A DNA stretch of 64,000 bases. It comes from Geosiphon pyriformis uo1. Taxonomy: Eukaryota; Fungi; Glomeromycota. The DNA lies in NCBI GenBank assembly GCA_016748015.1, contig JAAOMT010000630.1, forward strand, positions 248,001-312,000, in the 5' to 3' direction. Of this stretch, positions 1-12,571 are shown piece by piece. Position 1 is the stretch's first letter, and each line of letters begins with the position of its first letter. The notes beneath the pieces were generated by a model. That model saw only the letters and a list, made by a program, of their open reading frames with translations. It was not told where the DNA came from and made no database searches. The position numbers and the translations under genes are program-made.

Positions 1-250
1 TGCGTTGATCAGGACATGAGTGAAGTGGTCAAATTTTTTTGAATTGTAGTTAATGCAGAGAATTCTGGTGCAATAAATTGGTTAGGTTATTGCTATAAGT
101 ATGGCAAAGGCATTAATAGGGCAAGAGTGAAAGGATCAAATTATATCAAAAAGTGGTTGATGCAGGAAGTTTTACTGCAATGTACAATTTAAGTTGTTGC
201 TATAAGTGTGGTGGTGTCAATCAAAATAAGAGTGAATTCCATATATTGTC
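1..250 (+). pseudogene. Sel1-like repeat protein fragment (degenerate, truncated at the window edge)
   Basis: Manual translation gives two Sel1-type repeats, 'VVKFF*IVVNAENSGAINWLGYCYKYGKGI' and 'LYQKVVDAGSFTAMYNLSCCYKCGGVNQNKSE', with a stop and a frameshift. Confidence 0.8.
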
Positions 251-1000
251 ATTTACTTAAACCCTAAGACTCAATTTGTTAGTCAAAATCTCATTTGATC
301 TGACCAAACAAGCTTTCAAGTTAACCACACAAAAGGTTTTTATTCAATGTTGTCTCACTAATAGACAAAAAAAGAAGAGAGCACAAACTTAACAATATCT
401 TAACTTTACTATTATCATTGATCTCACTTGAAACTACTTTGATAATTACCCAATTACTTGCAGTAATTATTCTAAATATCTTAATTTCTTATAAGGTTAT
501 GTCATAGGAATGTTTTTTATTGCATTGCATGGATGCTTTGAAGTTGAATCATACATTGGCCCATATTTTGATTGATATCTTCCACTTTGCCTCTGTAATT
601 ACAATTATTATATTATGTATTTTAATTGCCCAATTAATTGGCTCCTTTCCATAGCTTCCAGATATCTTATATTGCAAACAAATCTTGACTTAGTCATTGA
701 ATACCAATAAAACACCATAGATAACTGATGAAATGAATTTGCAACATGTTGTCTCATTGGCATTGAGAATAGATTGTAATGCTTTATGTTTTATCATTAT
801 GTTTTTAATTAATAAACTCGTAAAGCATGTTAGTAAGTGTTTTTAGAGTGGAAAAATAAATTGTTAACCACTTCTATTAGCTGTGATGTTTACATAATTA
901 ATATAAGCATTGTTGTGTTTGGGGGGTTTAACAACATAATATTGTGCTATCTTCTATGCAATTATGCAAATATGCAAAGGATCAAATTGACAGCCTTTAT
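235..1000 (-). pseudogene. Crinkler-like protein pseudogene with C-terminal PD-(D/E)xK restriction-endonuclease-like domain
   Basis: The minus strand reads 'NETTCCKFISSVIYG...YKISGSYGKEPINWAIK..IVITEAK.EDINQNMGQCMIQLQ...NWVIIKVV...LESLFGQIK'. This matches the G-x-x-G-x-V-D-W...EAK...Q pattern of Glomeromycotina CRN C-termini. Several stops; 5' boundary uncertain. Confidence 0.7.
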
Positions 1001-1632
1001 TATTGATCATCAGTTGGAGGTAAGAGGCAAAAAGTGTCACAGATACATTATTGAAATTAGGTTTCTTTTTACCAAGAATCTGTCATTTGTACTTAGAATC
1101 TTACAGTTGGATTAAAACTTTTATTTTTATAATTTGGCTGCTTTTTATAATCTGAAGCACTTCATATGACATAAGACACCTCACATGTCTGATTAGATAT
1201 AAGGCAAAATGACATTTGAGACATAACAGATACATCAATGCATTATAAAAGCAAAATGCAATAAAAAGTGTGTTCTTATTAATATGCCAAAAAATGCAAA
1301 CCAAAAGTGAGTAGTAATCTTCTTGGAGACTAAAAAGACTCTCTGCCAGTACAAACTAGAGCATTCTGACTATTTAGCAAATAGACTTATCAAAATATTC
1401 AATCTAAAAGTTGACCACTCTATTATAACAAAGATACTCATAAAATCAGACCAATGAATTGAAAAAAATGTATCTGGCAACTCTAGTTAATTGACAAAAA
1501 ACAGAAAAGAGATGTTTCCAAAGATAAATGATGCACTAGGAGAATGGATGCTTAGAACACTAACTACCAACTACATTCTTACTGGAAAAATTTTACAAAT
1601 AAAAGCTCTCAAGTTTGCTGAAAAGTTTTCAG

Positions 1633-2469
1633 TATTATTCATAAAAAAAAAACAGATAGAGAAAATAGCAGACCAATAAAAGAATAATATTTAGTACGTG
1701 AGCACATTGCTTAGCAATGTGGAGCAATATCAGAAATTATGGCACATTGCTTAGCAATGTGGAGCAATGTCAAAAAGCACAGCACATTGCTTAGCAATGT
1801 GGAGCAATATTAGAAAATTAGGGCACATTGTTCAGCAATGTAAGCAATCTTGTAGAACATTAATTATGTATATATAGCAGTAGCATTAAAAATAGAAAGA
1901 GCAGAATTTTTTAGTTAGAAATCTTCCATCCAAAAAATATCAAATAAATAAATCATTCACCATCCACATCCACTCTTTACTATTAACACTTTATGTTAAT
2001 AGTAATCGATACTTAACTACACTAGAACAATAGCTTTTGATCATGGTTATTGACAAATACTAACTTGCATATTGCCTTGGCTTATTTTTTTATTTTTTTT
2101 TTATTTTTTTTCTTGATTTTATTGTTGTATATTAACCGATTAAGAATTAAAGCACTGAGTAATTAACGTCACGGATAGCCTAATAAAAGACCCAGAAATA
2201 AGAGTAAAATTATATATATATTAACAAATAGCTTACCAGAAGAACATGAATGCCAGAATAAACCAGCCACCAAGCTGAAAACAGAAATTGGGAACACAAC
2301 TCACCAACCAACTACATTGTTATTGAATCTCTGTTCATTATACAAAAAACTCAATACTAAAACCTTCAAATACAACCAATATACTGATAACACCAGCATT
2401 GTCAAGATATTGAGCACCAAGTTACGGATTTGTTATTTGATTTGAGACCCCAAATAATCATTTGTAACA
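1633..2469 (+). mobile_element. Solo LTR (Gypsy-type) inserted in the pogo transposase
   Basis: It starts TATTATTC (read as decayed TGTTAT..) and ends TGTAACA, the same termini as the LTR at 12572-13563. Removing it and one 4-bp flank restores the transposase frame (KF-L/P-EENNFKASN). Flanks are TCAG and CTGG. Confidence 0.75.
1702..1848. repeat. Four tandem ~40-bp units with palindromic core CACATTGCT-T-AGCAATGTG inside the solo LTR
   Basis: GCACATTGCTTAGCAATGTGGAGCAAT occurs identically at 1702, 1742 and 1782, with a degenerate copy at 1823. Confidence 0.95.
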
Positions 2470-3823
2470 CTGGAAGAAAATAACTTTAAAGCATCAAATA
2501 GTTGATTAGAAAAGTTCAAGAAATGTCATAATTTGCACCACATTAAGATGCATGGCGAAGCAAACAGTGCTCTCTTAGAAATTTTACTAGAGAAACAAGA
2601 AAAACTGTGTGAAATTATCAGCAAATATGATCTAAATAATGTTTACAATGCCAATAAGACAGCATTATTTTTTAGAATACCACCAAATACAACTTTGGCA
2701 ACAAGATTTATCTCTGATACCAAGTATAATAAGAGTTGAATTACTATACTTCTTGCTTGTAATGCAACAGGCAACATCAAGTTGCAGCCTTTAATTATTG
2801 GTAAAGCTGCAAAGCCATGATGTTTTTGCAATATTAATATAAATGCACTTCCAATCACTTATCATTACAATACAAAAGCATGGATGTGAACTGATATTTT
2901 TAGTAAATGGCTTAATTCATTAAATAAAGAAATGCATTGCAAGAAAAAAAAAATTTTGCTATTGCTTGATAATACTGGTCTTCATAGTAGAATTTTTCAT
3001 ATTATCTAATATTATGATTAGATACCTACCATCCAATACAACATCCCATTTGCAACCATTAAATACAGAAATTATTGCATCTTTTAAGGCATAATACCAA
3101 AAGTTGTTTCTTTTCCATCTTATTAATTAGTATGATGGTAAAATTCCAATATTAATAGTAACATTAAAGAATGTAATTGACTTTCTAATTAATGTGTAGT
3201 CAGCAGTAATAACAACTACAATCCAAAACTGTTGGTATTATATGGAAATTCTAAATAATAGTCAAATACCAGTCCATCTATTAGATATTGAACAAGAACT
3301 TCTACAAAAAATACAAGTTCTTATTAAGCATGTTAATATCAACAAGCTATTGGCAATAGATTTCATTAATATGAACAAGTTTGAACCATTATTCACTTAT
3401 GCCTCAGAGGATGAAATTGTAGATCTTATTAACAACAAGTATAGTGGAAATTCTAATACAAATAAAGATTTAGAAAGTGAAGATGAAGATAAACCTTTGT
3501 CTTTACTATCTATACATTAAGGTAAAACTGCACTTGAAGATACATTATGCTATTGTAAAGAGCAGTATAGTAAAAAAGTTGATTCAAACTTTTTTAAAAC
3601 TTTAAGAACATTAATTTGTAATACTGTTCTTAAAGTTCAAGAAAAAAAAAACCAGTTGCAAATAGATAGCTTTTTTAAATAAAATATATATAATTAGTTA
3701 TTATATTATAAATGTGATATATAGATCATATGATAAGATATTAATCATTTTTTATAGTTCTATCTCTCTATAGTTACCACAAATATGCTGACCAAAAAGT
3801 GTGATTATAAAGAGAGTTCACTG

Positions 3824-4440
3824 TATTGTCATTTCACAAGAAAAAATAAAAAAATAAAAAATAAAAAAAATAAAAAAAAATAAATTAGTATTGTCAATTA
3901 TCATAATCAAGAGCAATTGGTTTAGATTGTTAAGAGTTCGAAGTGTTTATGCTAAAAACATCTGTTCTGGAATGAAAGTATAAAACAATAATTAGTTTAA
4001 TTAAAGCACAAGATGATTGATAACCATGTATTGATAATTTCAAGTTTTCAATTAAATTCTTTATTTTCATAAGATGTAATAATTATAAGGAAAAGGAAAA
4101 TTGATTTTTGTCTATTTGTTCTTTTTTCTAATTTCTATAACTACTCATTTTTATACATTCTTTTTGGTTCTACAAAATTGCTTTTTTAATTGTTTTATTC
4201 TTGTTAACTATTGCTTTGCTATTTTTGTTATTGCTTTATTCTTCTATGTTATTACTAGTTACTTTATGTTTTACTTAGTTATTTTGTACTATAACATTTT
4301 ATTGAGTTTTGTATTATGTTATTCTGAATTATTATGCATTATTCTGTGTTTTTTCATGTTATTTTGTATTATTTTTTGTCATCATGTTTTTGGTCATGTT
4401 TTTTTCATAACTTTGGATTGGTTTTTCTACTTAAGTAATA
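3824..4440 (-). repeat. 3' LTR of the Gypsy element (partial, cut at TA 3824-3825 by the pogo insertion)
   Basis: Colinear with 12937-13563; 3901-4080 aligns to 13025-13204 without gaps. Confidence 0.9.
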
Positions 4441-4455
4441 TTATCTCTCTTTTTT
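4441..4455 (-). other. Polypurine tract of the Gypsy element
   Basis: Minus-strand AAAAAAGAGAGATAA directly precedes the 3' LTR start. Confidence 0.75.
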
Positions 4456-7400
4456 AGAATTAAGCTCTTGCAAAATTGTATATATCTGTAAAATTTGTGT
4501 TTTCTGGGTAATGTTCAATTGTAGTATTAAGTATTGCTTTTTGTAGATCTTTAAATTGTTTATTTATTATTTGTTCTATGTTGTTAACTGTAATAATTAT
4601 TAATAAGCTGTTTAGTAATACAACTGAACAGTATTTAAATACTGAATATAAGTGGTATACTGTTTTGTAGTATAATGTTGAATTGCTTCTTCCTACAAAT
4701 TTTTCTATTTGTTTGAGGGCTTTTTTGTTAAAGATTTAATAGTTATAGTCTTTATATAATGTACTCAATCCTAGTTGTTTACCAATTTTATAGAATTAGT
4801 AGACTAATGGCAGTTTTTTCCATATTCTGGTGTTTTTTGGTGTTCATTTTCTTGTTACTGGTTCTAATATTTGTCTGCTCAAACTCTTCTTGATTTTTTC
4901 AAGCTTTGCCCAACATATATTTATTTCTGTCATCTTTTTTTTTTCTTTAATTGTGTTGAACTTTGCCCAACATATCTCTTTATCTTTTTTTTTATCCTCC
5001 TCTACTTTTTTTTGATTGTTATGGAAAGAGGATTGTTTATAGAGATAAGATTATTTAGTTCTAATTAAACTTTTACCCATTCTTTTTTTGTTTCTATCTT
5101 TGTATTGTATCTCTTTTCTATTAATTGTAATTTTTATTTGAGCTGAAAATTGTTGAATTGCATTAAACAGTTGTTTTAACAGAGTTAAGATTTAATCTAA
5201 AAGATCTATGTTAAAAGTTTTATCAAATGTTTTGTTGTTTCAGTGGTTATATATACTTAAATTTTCCAATTAAATAGTCATGTGTCAATTATGTGTTGAT
5301 AATAATGATTAGTTCCAGATCTTATAGTATATCTTCTGGTTTGATTAATGAAATTTGTGTTCTTAGTTAAAGTACAGATAACAATGACTCTTGTTTTGTA
5401 TGATAAATTTTCAATCAATTCCCATGTGCTATTTTTTTTAAAATTCTGTTTTTTAATCATAATTTGTAAGCTCCATTGTCTAAAACTTTATGTATGTGAA
5501 ATGAATTGTCTCACTTTGGATCAAACTTTCCACTCCACTATTTTTTAGCTTTTGTATAATGTAATAATACCTGGTCTCTAATCTTGAATTCTATTGGTTA
5601 ATTAAGAAAGTAATTATCATGTCTTTTTTTTTGTTATTTTTGAATGTTATTAATATTGTCAGCTGTTGTTTTATAATTGTTTTCCAATGTTTTTATAAGT
5701 TGGTATGTTTTTTGGTGTAAAATAGCTTTAAAATTTTCTTTTGTGATTGTTTTTGTTGAAAAAAAAGATATTTTTTGTTTGATAGATAGAATGGCTTTTC
5801 TCTCATAGACTAGTTTAAATAATGTAAACTAGATCATATTTTGCTTTAATGTTTAGTATGCAAATAATACAGAAAGTATAAACAGTCCTATTCTTGTGTA
5901 TTTTTATAACTTATTTTTGCTAAAGCTTTACACAATATTGGATTAAATTGTTCTATCAGTCTATTTGTTTGTAGGTGATATAGTGACAATAAGAATTATT
6001 TTATTCTAAATCATTAACTTAATTCAATTAATGTACTATTAACAAAATGTATTTCTTAGTTGGATAACAATTTTTTTGGACATCTATGGTGACAAATTAG
6101 ATCTTGGTATACAAACTCAGCTACTGTTTTAGTATCAGCCACTCGAATTGCTCTGGCTTCTGGCCATTTGGTAAAGTAGTTTATAGCTATAGCTATATAA
6201 CAATTTCTCTTAGATGTAATTGAGAAAAGACCAACCAAATCAATTCTTATTTTATCAAATGGATTTCCAACTGAAATGGGTCGAAATGGTTTTGTTGTTC
6301 TGATTCCTTCTTTTTATTGACATAAGTTACAGTTAAGGACATATTCAAAGATATCTTTATGTATTATTGGCCAATAGTATAAATTTGTGATTTTTTCTAG
6401 AGTAGTGTCTTTATTAAAATATTTTGCAGTTGAATTAAAATGCATATTATATAAAACAGTTTTTTTTTGTTGTCTTTTATAACTTATTGTAGGATAGTGT
6501 GGTTTTGGCATTCTCAACAATATAATTGGTTGTTTTGAATAAAGTAATTATGAGCTTGTTTTCATATATTACTTTGTTTCTGTTGAGATAATATCTCCTT
6601 GAACTATAATGTTAATAGATACTGGTGTAATCACTGGTAATTGTTTGTATTTATAAATTTGAAATTAGATTTGCATTATCTTTAACAAACTGTTAGTGTT
6701 AATGTTTTTGGATCTTTTCTTGTAATGGACCTTGTATAAAAATTGTTGCAGATAAGTATTCCATTGTGTGTATCTTCTTTTTAGTTGTGGCTTGCTAAGT
6801 AACCAAATAAGTTTTTTATAATTAAGTAATAGGTTAAATGGTTGTTTAAGGTAATGTTTCTAATTTTGTACTGCCCAATAGATAGTCAAACATTTTAAAT
6901 CTGTTATGCTGTATATTTTTTCTACTAAGCTAATACTGCAACTAGCATAAATGATTGAATGTTTTTTTTTGTCTGGTTCAATTTGAGACAAGACTGCTCC
7001 AAGTATATTTTTTGAGACATTTGTAGTAATAATAAAACGTTTATTAAAATTAAGGTATATTAATATTGGGACTGTAATTAATTGCTGCTTAAAATAATCA
7101 AATGCCTTTTACTGGTCTTTTTTTTATAAGTATGGTATATGTTTTAACAATAAGTAGTGAAGAGGTTTTACAATATTAGAGAATTCTTTAATGAATTTAT
7201 AGTAGTATCCAGTCAGTCTTAAGAATTTTCTTAGTTTTTATAGATTAGTCAGGACTGAAAAATTTTTGACTTTTTGGACTTTATTTGGATTGGACTTGAC
7301 TCTGTTTTTGCCAATTACATGTTTTAAAAATTTCAGCTCAGTTTTTTTGAAGAAACATTTGTCAGAATTAAGTTTTAATTTAGCATCTTAGAGGTGTTTG

Positions 7401-8459
7401 AAAATCTATTGTAGGTAATGTAAGTGATTATCAAATGTTTTAAAAAACACATTAGTATTGTCCAAGTAAATTACAACTGATTTTTAAAGAATTCTCTTGT
7501 ATACTACATCCATAAAATATTGGAAGATGGCAGGAGCATTGTACAGTCCAAAAGACATTATGTTGAACTCAAAGTTTCTGTTTTGTGTGATAAAAGCTGT
7601 TTTTTCTTTGTCTTTGAGATCTATTTCTACTTGTCAATATTTACTGGCTAAGTCTAATAATGAGAACCATTTTTTGTATAAAGAGAGTAGAATAACTATT
7701 GCTGTAAGTAACACTGTTTAATTTTCAATAATTTACACAAAACCATATTTTCCCCTTTTTCTTGATAACTAATACCACTAGAAAGGACCAAGGACTTAAC
7801 AATTTCTTGATTAGTTCATGGTCTAATATTCATTGTACTTCTTTTTTAATTAAATTATTACCCATTGAAATTACTTAATATGTTTATTGTTTAACAGAAT
7901 AGGCATCTTCTGTATTAATCTGATGTTTTACAATGTTTGTGTGTTCAAACTCATTTTTATTGATAAAGATATTGGCATATTAATTCAATAGAATCTTGAA
8001 TTGTATTGCTGCAGAGTGTTTAAGTTTCCCAATTTTAATTTATTGATTTCTTTTAATGTAAACAAATAACTTTTTTTTAGCAAATTCCATACTTGTAAAG
8101 TAATGTCACAAAATAAGAACAATTGTGCAAAATCTAGAATAGGCTGAGGTTTCTTAGGATTCTAAATATTCAGGGAAATAGAACCAACAAAGATTCTTTT
8201 GGGAATTTTGATTACATTTTTGATAAGATTCCAAATAAAAATTTTGATATGTTTATAAGTTTTAACAATGTATAGATTAGCAATATCAATTAGGAAACAA
8301 ATTTATGGGTCAGCTTTGAATAGCAAGACTTGGTCTTGAATTTTTCAAACCACTTTGAAAATATATTGTTGATATAAAAGAATAGAAATGACTGTATTAG
8401 TGTAGATAAGTTCTATCTTGTTATTGTCTTCCTTGGTAAAATTAACTATTATGTTTTCT

Positions 8460-8850
8460 CTTCTGCTTAATCCAAACTTATTGATTCTTTAGGCAGTGAA
8501 GCCTAATTTCTTTTGAGTAGTAATTGGTGTTAATTGTGATATTTTTATGAAAGATAGGAAAATAGTTTGAGCAATTTTTTTTTGTAATTCAATTGTATAA
8601 AATTTATCAAAATTATTCTGTAGTATAATGATAATATTTCTCATGTATTCAGCATTAATGGTTTTTTTTCCATGTCAATTTCCCTTTTTGCAAGGCTCAA
8701 TCACTATACTATAGTCCTGACAAAAATTTTAAAAGCTATTTTGAGATCTATTTTTTCAAGAGAATGTAGAACTATAACTACAGAAGATTGTCTGGAGTAT
8801 TTTAAATCAAATTCAGCATTGTTTTTATGTGCCTTTTCAAAGCAAATTCT
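8460..8850 (-). pseudogene. dUTPase domain within Gypsy pol
   Basis: Decayed motifs I-V in order: 'EKAHKNNAEFDL', 'LSLAKREI', 'TINAEYMRNI', 'KIAQTIF', 'RINKFGLS'. These correspond to AGFDL, RSSL, IDAGYxG, KIAQ and RGxxGFGS after G>A/C>T changes. Confidence 0.8.
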
Positions 8851-11800
8851 TTTATTGTTATTATTATACTATTTTAACTCTAATTTTTTAGAAAGATCAG
8901 AGTAGATAAGATACTGTTTAATTTCAGTAGTATTACTTAGCTCTTAAAATAACATGTCTTTAGTGTTAAACTTGTATTTTTTTTCTGGTTCTGGTAATTT
9001 AAAAATAGAGTATAGTGTTTTTGGGGGTAGATTAAATAAAAAATCACACTTATCACAGTACTAAAAATAACAAAAAATCAAGCAATAATTACACAGTTTT
9101 ATATTGAAGTCTGCTAGTTTCTGTTTTTGTTTTTCTCAGGTTAAGGCCAGTTCTTGGTACTGGTCTTAGAATGCTTCAGGATTATCTGTAAATATGTTGT
9201 CTATTTTTTTGATTGTTATTAGAACATTTTTTATGATGCATATTTTTTCAATGATGGCTTTTTTTCACTTGGCTGTGGTTATTTTTCAAATTTCTTCTTT
9301 ATTATAGGGATATAAGTTTAATTAGTTTATTGCTTGACTATATGTCACAATGAGCAGGATGTTTTTTTTGGCCTAGTTATTTATTAAAATAGTGTACTGA
9401 CAAGATTTGTTACATGTTTTTTCTTAGCCAGGAACATCATTCCATAATCTTTTATCTGGTAGAATTTTGCCACATGTAAGGCATAGTATATGGTCCCATT
9501 TGCCTTGTTATTTTGGTTATTTGAATTGTTCTAATATGCACAGTCGACAATAATATCTAGTAGTGGTGGGCCATATTTTATTGTTTCTAATATAGACACT
9601 CATTAATGATAACTTCTTTTTACAATCAATGCAGATTAATTTCAGAGATTGATAGAATTGATTTTTTTGGTTTGGTGCCAGATATATTAATAGTAATGCT
9701 TGGAATTTTTTTTCGGTCTTTTCTTTATCTTTTTTTTCTCAGGTAGGTGGTGGTAATAGCTTTGTCCTGTAATTATCAGCTCAAAAAACTTGGTAAGTTT
9801 TCAAAGTTGACTAAGGAATAGATTTTTTGAACTTAATTAAGTGTTGTTTTGGAGTCATTATTTGGAAGTGTTCACAAATAGTAAATACTCAAGCATGATA
9901 TCTGTTAAAAATAATCTAAAGTTTCTGGGTATTCTAGTCAAGCATAGCATGGACTTTTGTTAGCCAATTGTTTTCTATAAGAGCCTAATATTGTGTGGTT
10001 TCTATAACAAGCACTTTGGTGAGAATTTGAATTCTGCTGATTTTAAATAGAAAATTGTTGATTTTTCTTATTAGAGTCTTTGTATTTTTATCTGCAGTGA
10101 TAATTTGCACAGTAGCTGCACAATTCACTCAATGACCTAATTGATTTATGAATTGTTTTGTGATTATACTACCTGCAGATTTACTATTGAGTATTAATTT
10201 AATGTTTATTTTTTTTATTTTAATATTAGTGTACATTGTTGTAATTGATTTGTCTTAGTTGATGACAGCTTTACTAAAAAGGTCAGGATTATTCAGGTTG
10301 TTAATATTGAATGAAAATATAGTGATGAGTGTATAATCTTTAGTAATTGTGACTGGTAAGATTGTTTTGGTAATCCAATATTGGTTCAGAGTAGAAAGAT
10401 TGATTATTTTGACTACATTTTTTTTTTCTAAAGGTGTAGTGTTACAAAAATCTGGAGTTTTCATAAGACATAATGCTTGGTTAGAATATCTGGCTTGCAC
10501 CAGTTGCAGTAATAGACTATTGTGCTATACTGATTAGAATAGTCTATTATTAGTTTGTATCTAATTGTTGCTGGCATTTTTTTATTCTTAATTATAGTCA
10601 ATTGCTTAAAGTCTAAGTTGGTTGTAAGTAAGTACTTGGTATTAAAGTGTTATTAGCACTGTTATAGATGGTTAATAATAATTTTGAGGCATTTGTTGTA
10701 TGTATTGTAATGACTAATATTAAGATACAGAATATTGGAGTCTTAGAGCTTAAAATTAATATTTTGTATTATTTGTTTATTAATTATTATAATTAGTTAA
10801 AAAAGTATGTAAAATTATATATATATAATAGCTTTATTTTTTAACTTACTAAAAATTTAAAGATATCTCTGTTGTTATAGATGTTGATTTTTTCTGTTCT
10901 GGTCTGCCAACTTTTTTTGGCAGTTCTGAGCAATATGTCTGAATTTCTAACAATAGTAACAATTATAGAAATCTAATTTCTAGAATTGTTGTTGTTGTTA
11001 ACAATTCTGTTGCTGTTAGTATTTGTTGTTATTTTTGTTTTTTTGTTGAAGTGGCTAATAGGTTTCTGCAGTTCTGGCTAAAAATCTCTTAATTTTTTGA
11101 ATTAATTTCTTACTTAATTGGATAAGCTTGGTGTTAATATTTGAGATTTCATTTATGGCCAAATTAATGGCTTGAGTATGATTGGTTTCTTACTCTGCTA
11201 ACTCGAAATCATAAGCCAAAGTAACAGTATTTAGTAACATAGTTGGATGGTGGAGTTTTACAGATTGTAGAATACTGCTTCTTAATCCTTTGATGAATTA
11301 ATTAAGAATCTGTTCTGAGGTATAATATTTTCTTTCAATTGTCTGTATCTGTTAAAGAATCTGATTAAATCATTCAAAATAAGTGATTACTGCTTTATGA
11401 TCTTTTTGTTTTATTATACTGAATTGATTTTATAGCTGAATAAGCATATTGGAATCACAAAAATACTGTAAAAAGACAAGTTTGAAAGCAGCAAAATTAA
11501 TTGGTTTCTTTTTAAGACTTTAGTACCAAGAGTTTATAGTTCCTGTCAAAAAAAAAGCAGTGCTTAAATGGTTTTGATATTATTCCAATTGTTGACAATA
11601 ATTGTCTTCTTAACTTCTACTATTTAGATATATGCATTATCTTCTTTACTGGAAAATTTTTCCAGTTTGGCAATATCTTGGTAAGCTATTATTTAAGTAA
11701 TAGAAGGTAGTTTACTAATTAATAATGAGGAGTTTAATAACAGTATACTGTATTGTTCTCCAAATGCTAATGTTAATTGTTTCCTTTTGTTGTTAGAGCC

Positions 11801-12552
11801 AATAGATAACAAAATGGCTGTTTCTTCTGTAGAGTAGTTGCTAACTCTGTTAAAGACTGTGCTAATAGTGGTGCTTAAAAAAACATGCTTTTGCTGAGTT
11901 GGCTGGCAATTGAAATAAAATTCCTAAATAACAATTTATATTTTTTTAGGAATTTTGTCCAAAAATTATTATTATGGTCCTAAGGGTACAAAGTTCTAAA
12001 AATTCTTGGAGTTTTTATTTGTGTTTTTGTGAGTTGGTTAAATAAAATTCTACTTTCTGGTGTTTGATGATATAAAGGAGTAATTGGTAAAAGAAACCTT
12101 GATTTCTTGTTGATTGTAGGTTAAACTTGTTTTTGTATAACTATTGTATTATCAGATTCGGACTCAAATTCTGTAAAGTTGGGCTTTACTATTTGTTTTT
12201 TTTTTTTATTTGAGAGTACTATTGTGTCATGTATTCTTCAACTTTTCTATCAATTATTTGCAGGGTCTTAGCTATGACTCAAGTGGTTTCTGTTAAATAT
12301 GTTAATAACTTTTAATGAATTTGTTCTCCAAGTTTTTTTGTGTTCATTGCTCAACCTAATAAACAATTGATCTTGGCATATAAATAATAACAGAAATTAC
12401 TTTCTGTGATAACAGTTTTTGATAATATTCTTAAGTTTTCTCTAAAATGTTAAAATAAGGCTTTTTCGTATGGTAAGTAATCTTTTTCTACTGTCTCAAT
12501 AGTTGTTACTTTTGTGAATTTCTGAAGTGCTTTGTTTTTTTAGATTTTATAA

Positions 12553-12569
12553 TCTCATAGAAAGCACCA
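12553..12569 (-). other. Primer-binding site of the Gypsy element (tRNA not assigned)
   Basis: The minus strand reads LTR end TGTAATA-TT-TGGTGCTTTCTATGAGA; TGG is complementary to tRNA CCA. Confidence 0.65.
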
Positions 12570-12571
12570 AA

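Larger units (their letters stand above)
1284..3825 (+). mobile_element. pogo/Tigger (Tc1-mariner, CENP-B/DDE_1) DNA transposon with degenerate transposase 1284-3682 and right TIR ending at 3823 followed by TA
   Basis: ATG at 1284 opens the HTH 'MPKNANQK*VVIFLETKK'. Further motifs: CENP-B HTH 'LTGKILQIKALKFAE', 'FKASNS*LEKFK', and DDE_1 'NVYNANKTALFF', 'LLLLDN', 'LPSNTTSHLQPLN', ending 'QIDSFFK*'. The terminus '...ATAAAGAGAGTTCACTG|TA' is the reverse complement of a CAGT-type TIR. No left TIR found in the window. Confidence 0.85.

Noticed and set aside
1702-1848. CRISPR-like array (palindromic repeats with spacers)
   Set aside because: The spacers are only 13-14 nt and homologous to each other, the array lies in a eukaryotic LTR, and there are no cas genes.
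3822-3830. LTR boundary at TGTATTGTC (a shorter ~620-bp LTR)
   Set aside because: There is no PBS next to 12935. The PBS and the TGTAACA-type end at 12572, plus a pogo TIR+TA at 3823-3825, explain the junction better.
4101-4457. Hydrophobic ORFs 4101-4457 and 13225-13533 as duplicated membrane proteins
   Set aside because: They are T-rich antisense readings of the two LTR copies.
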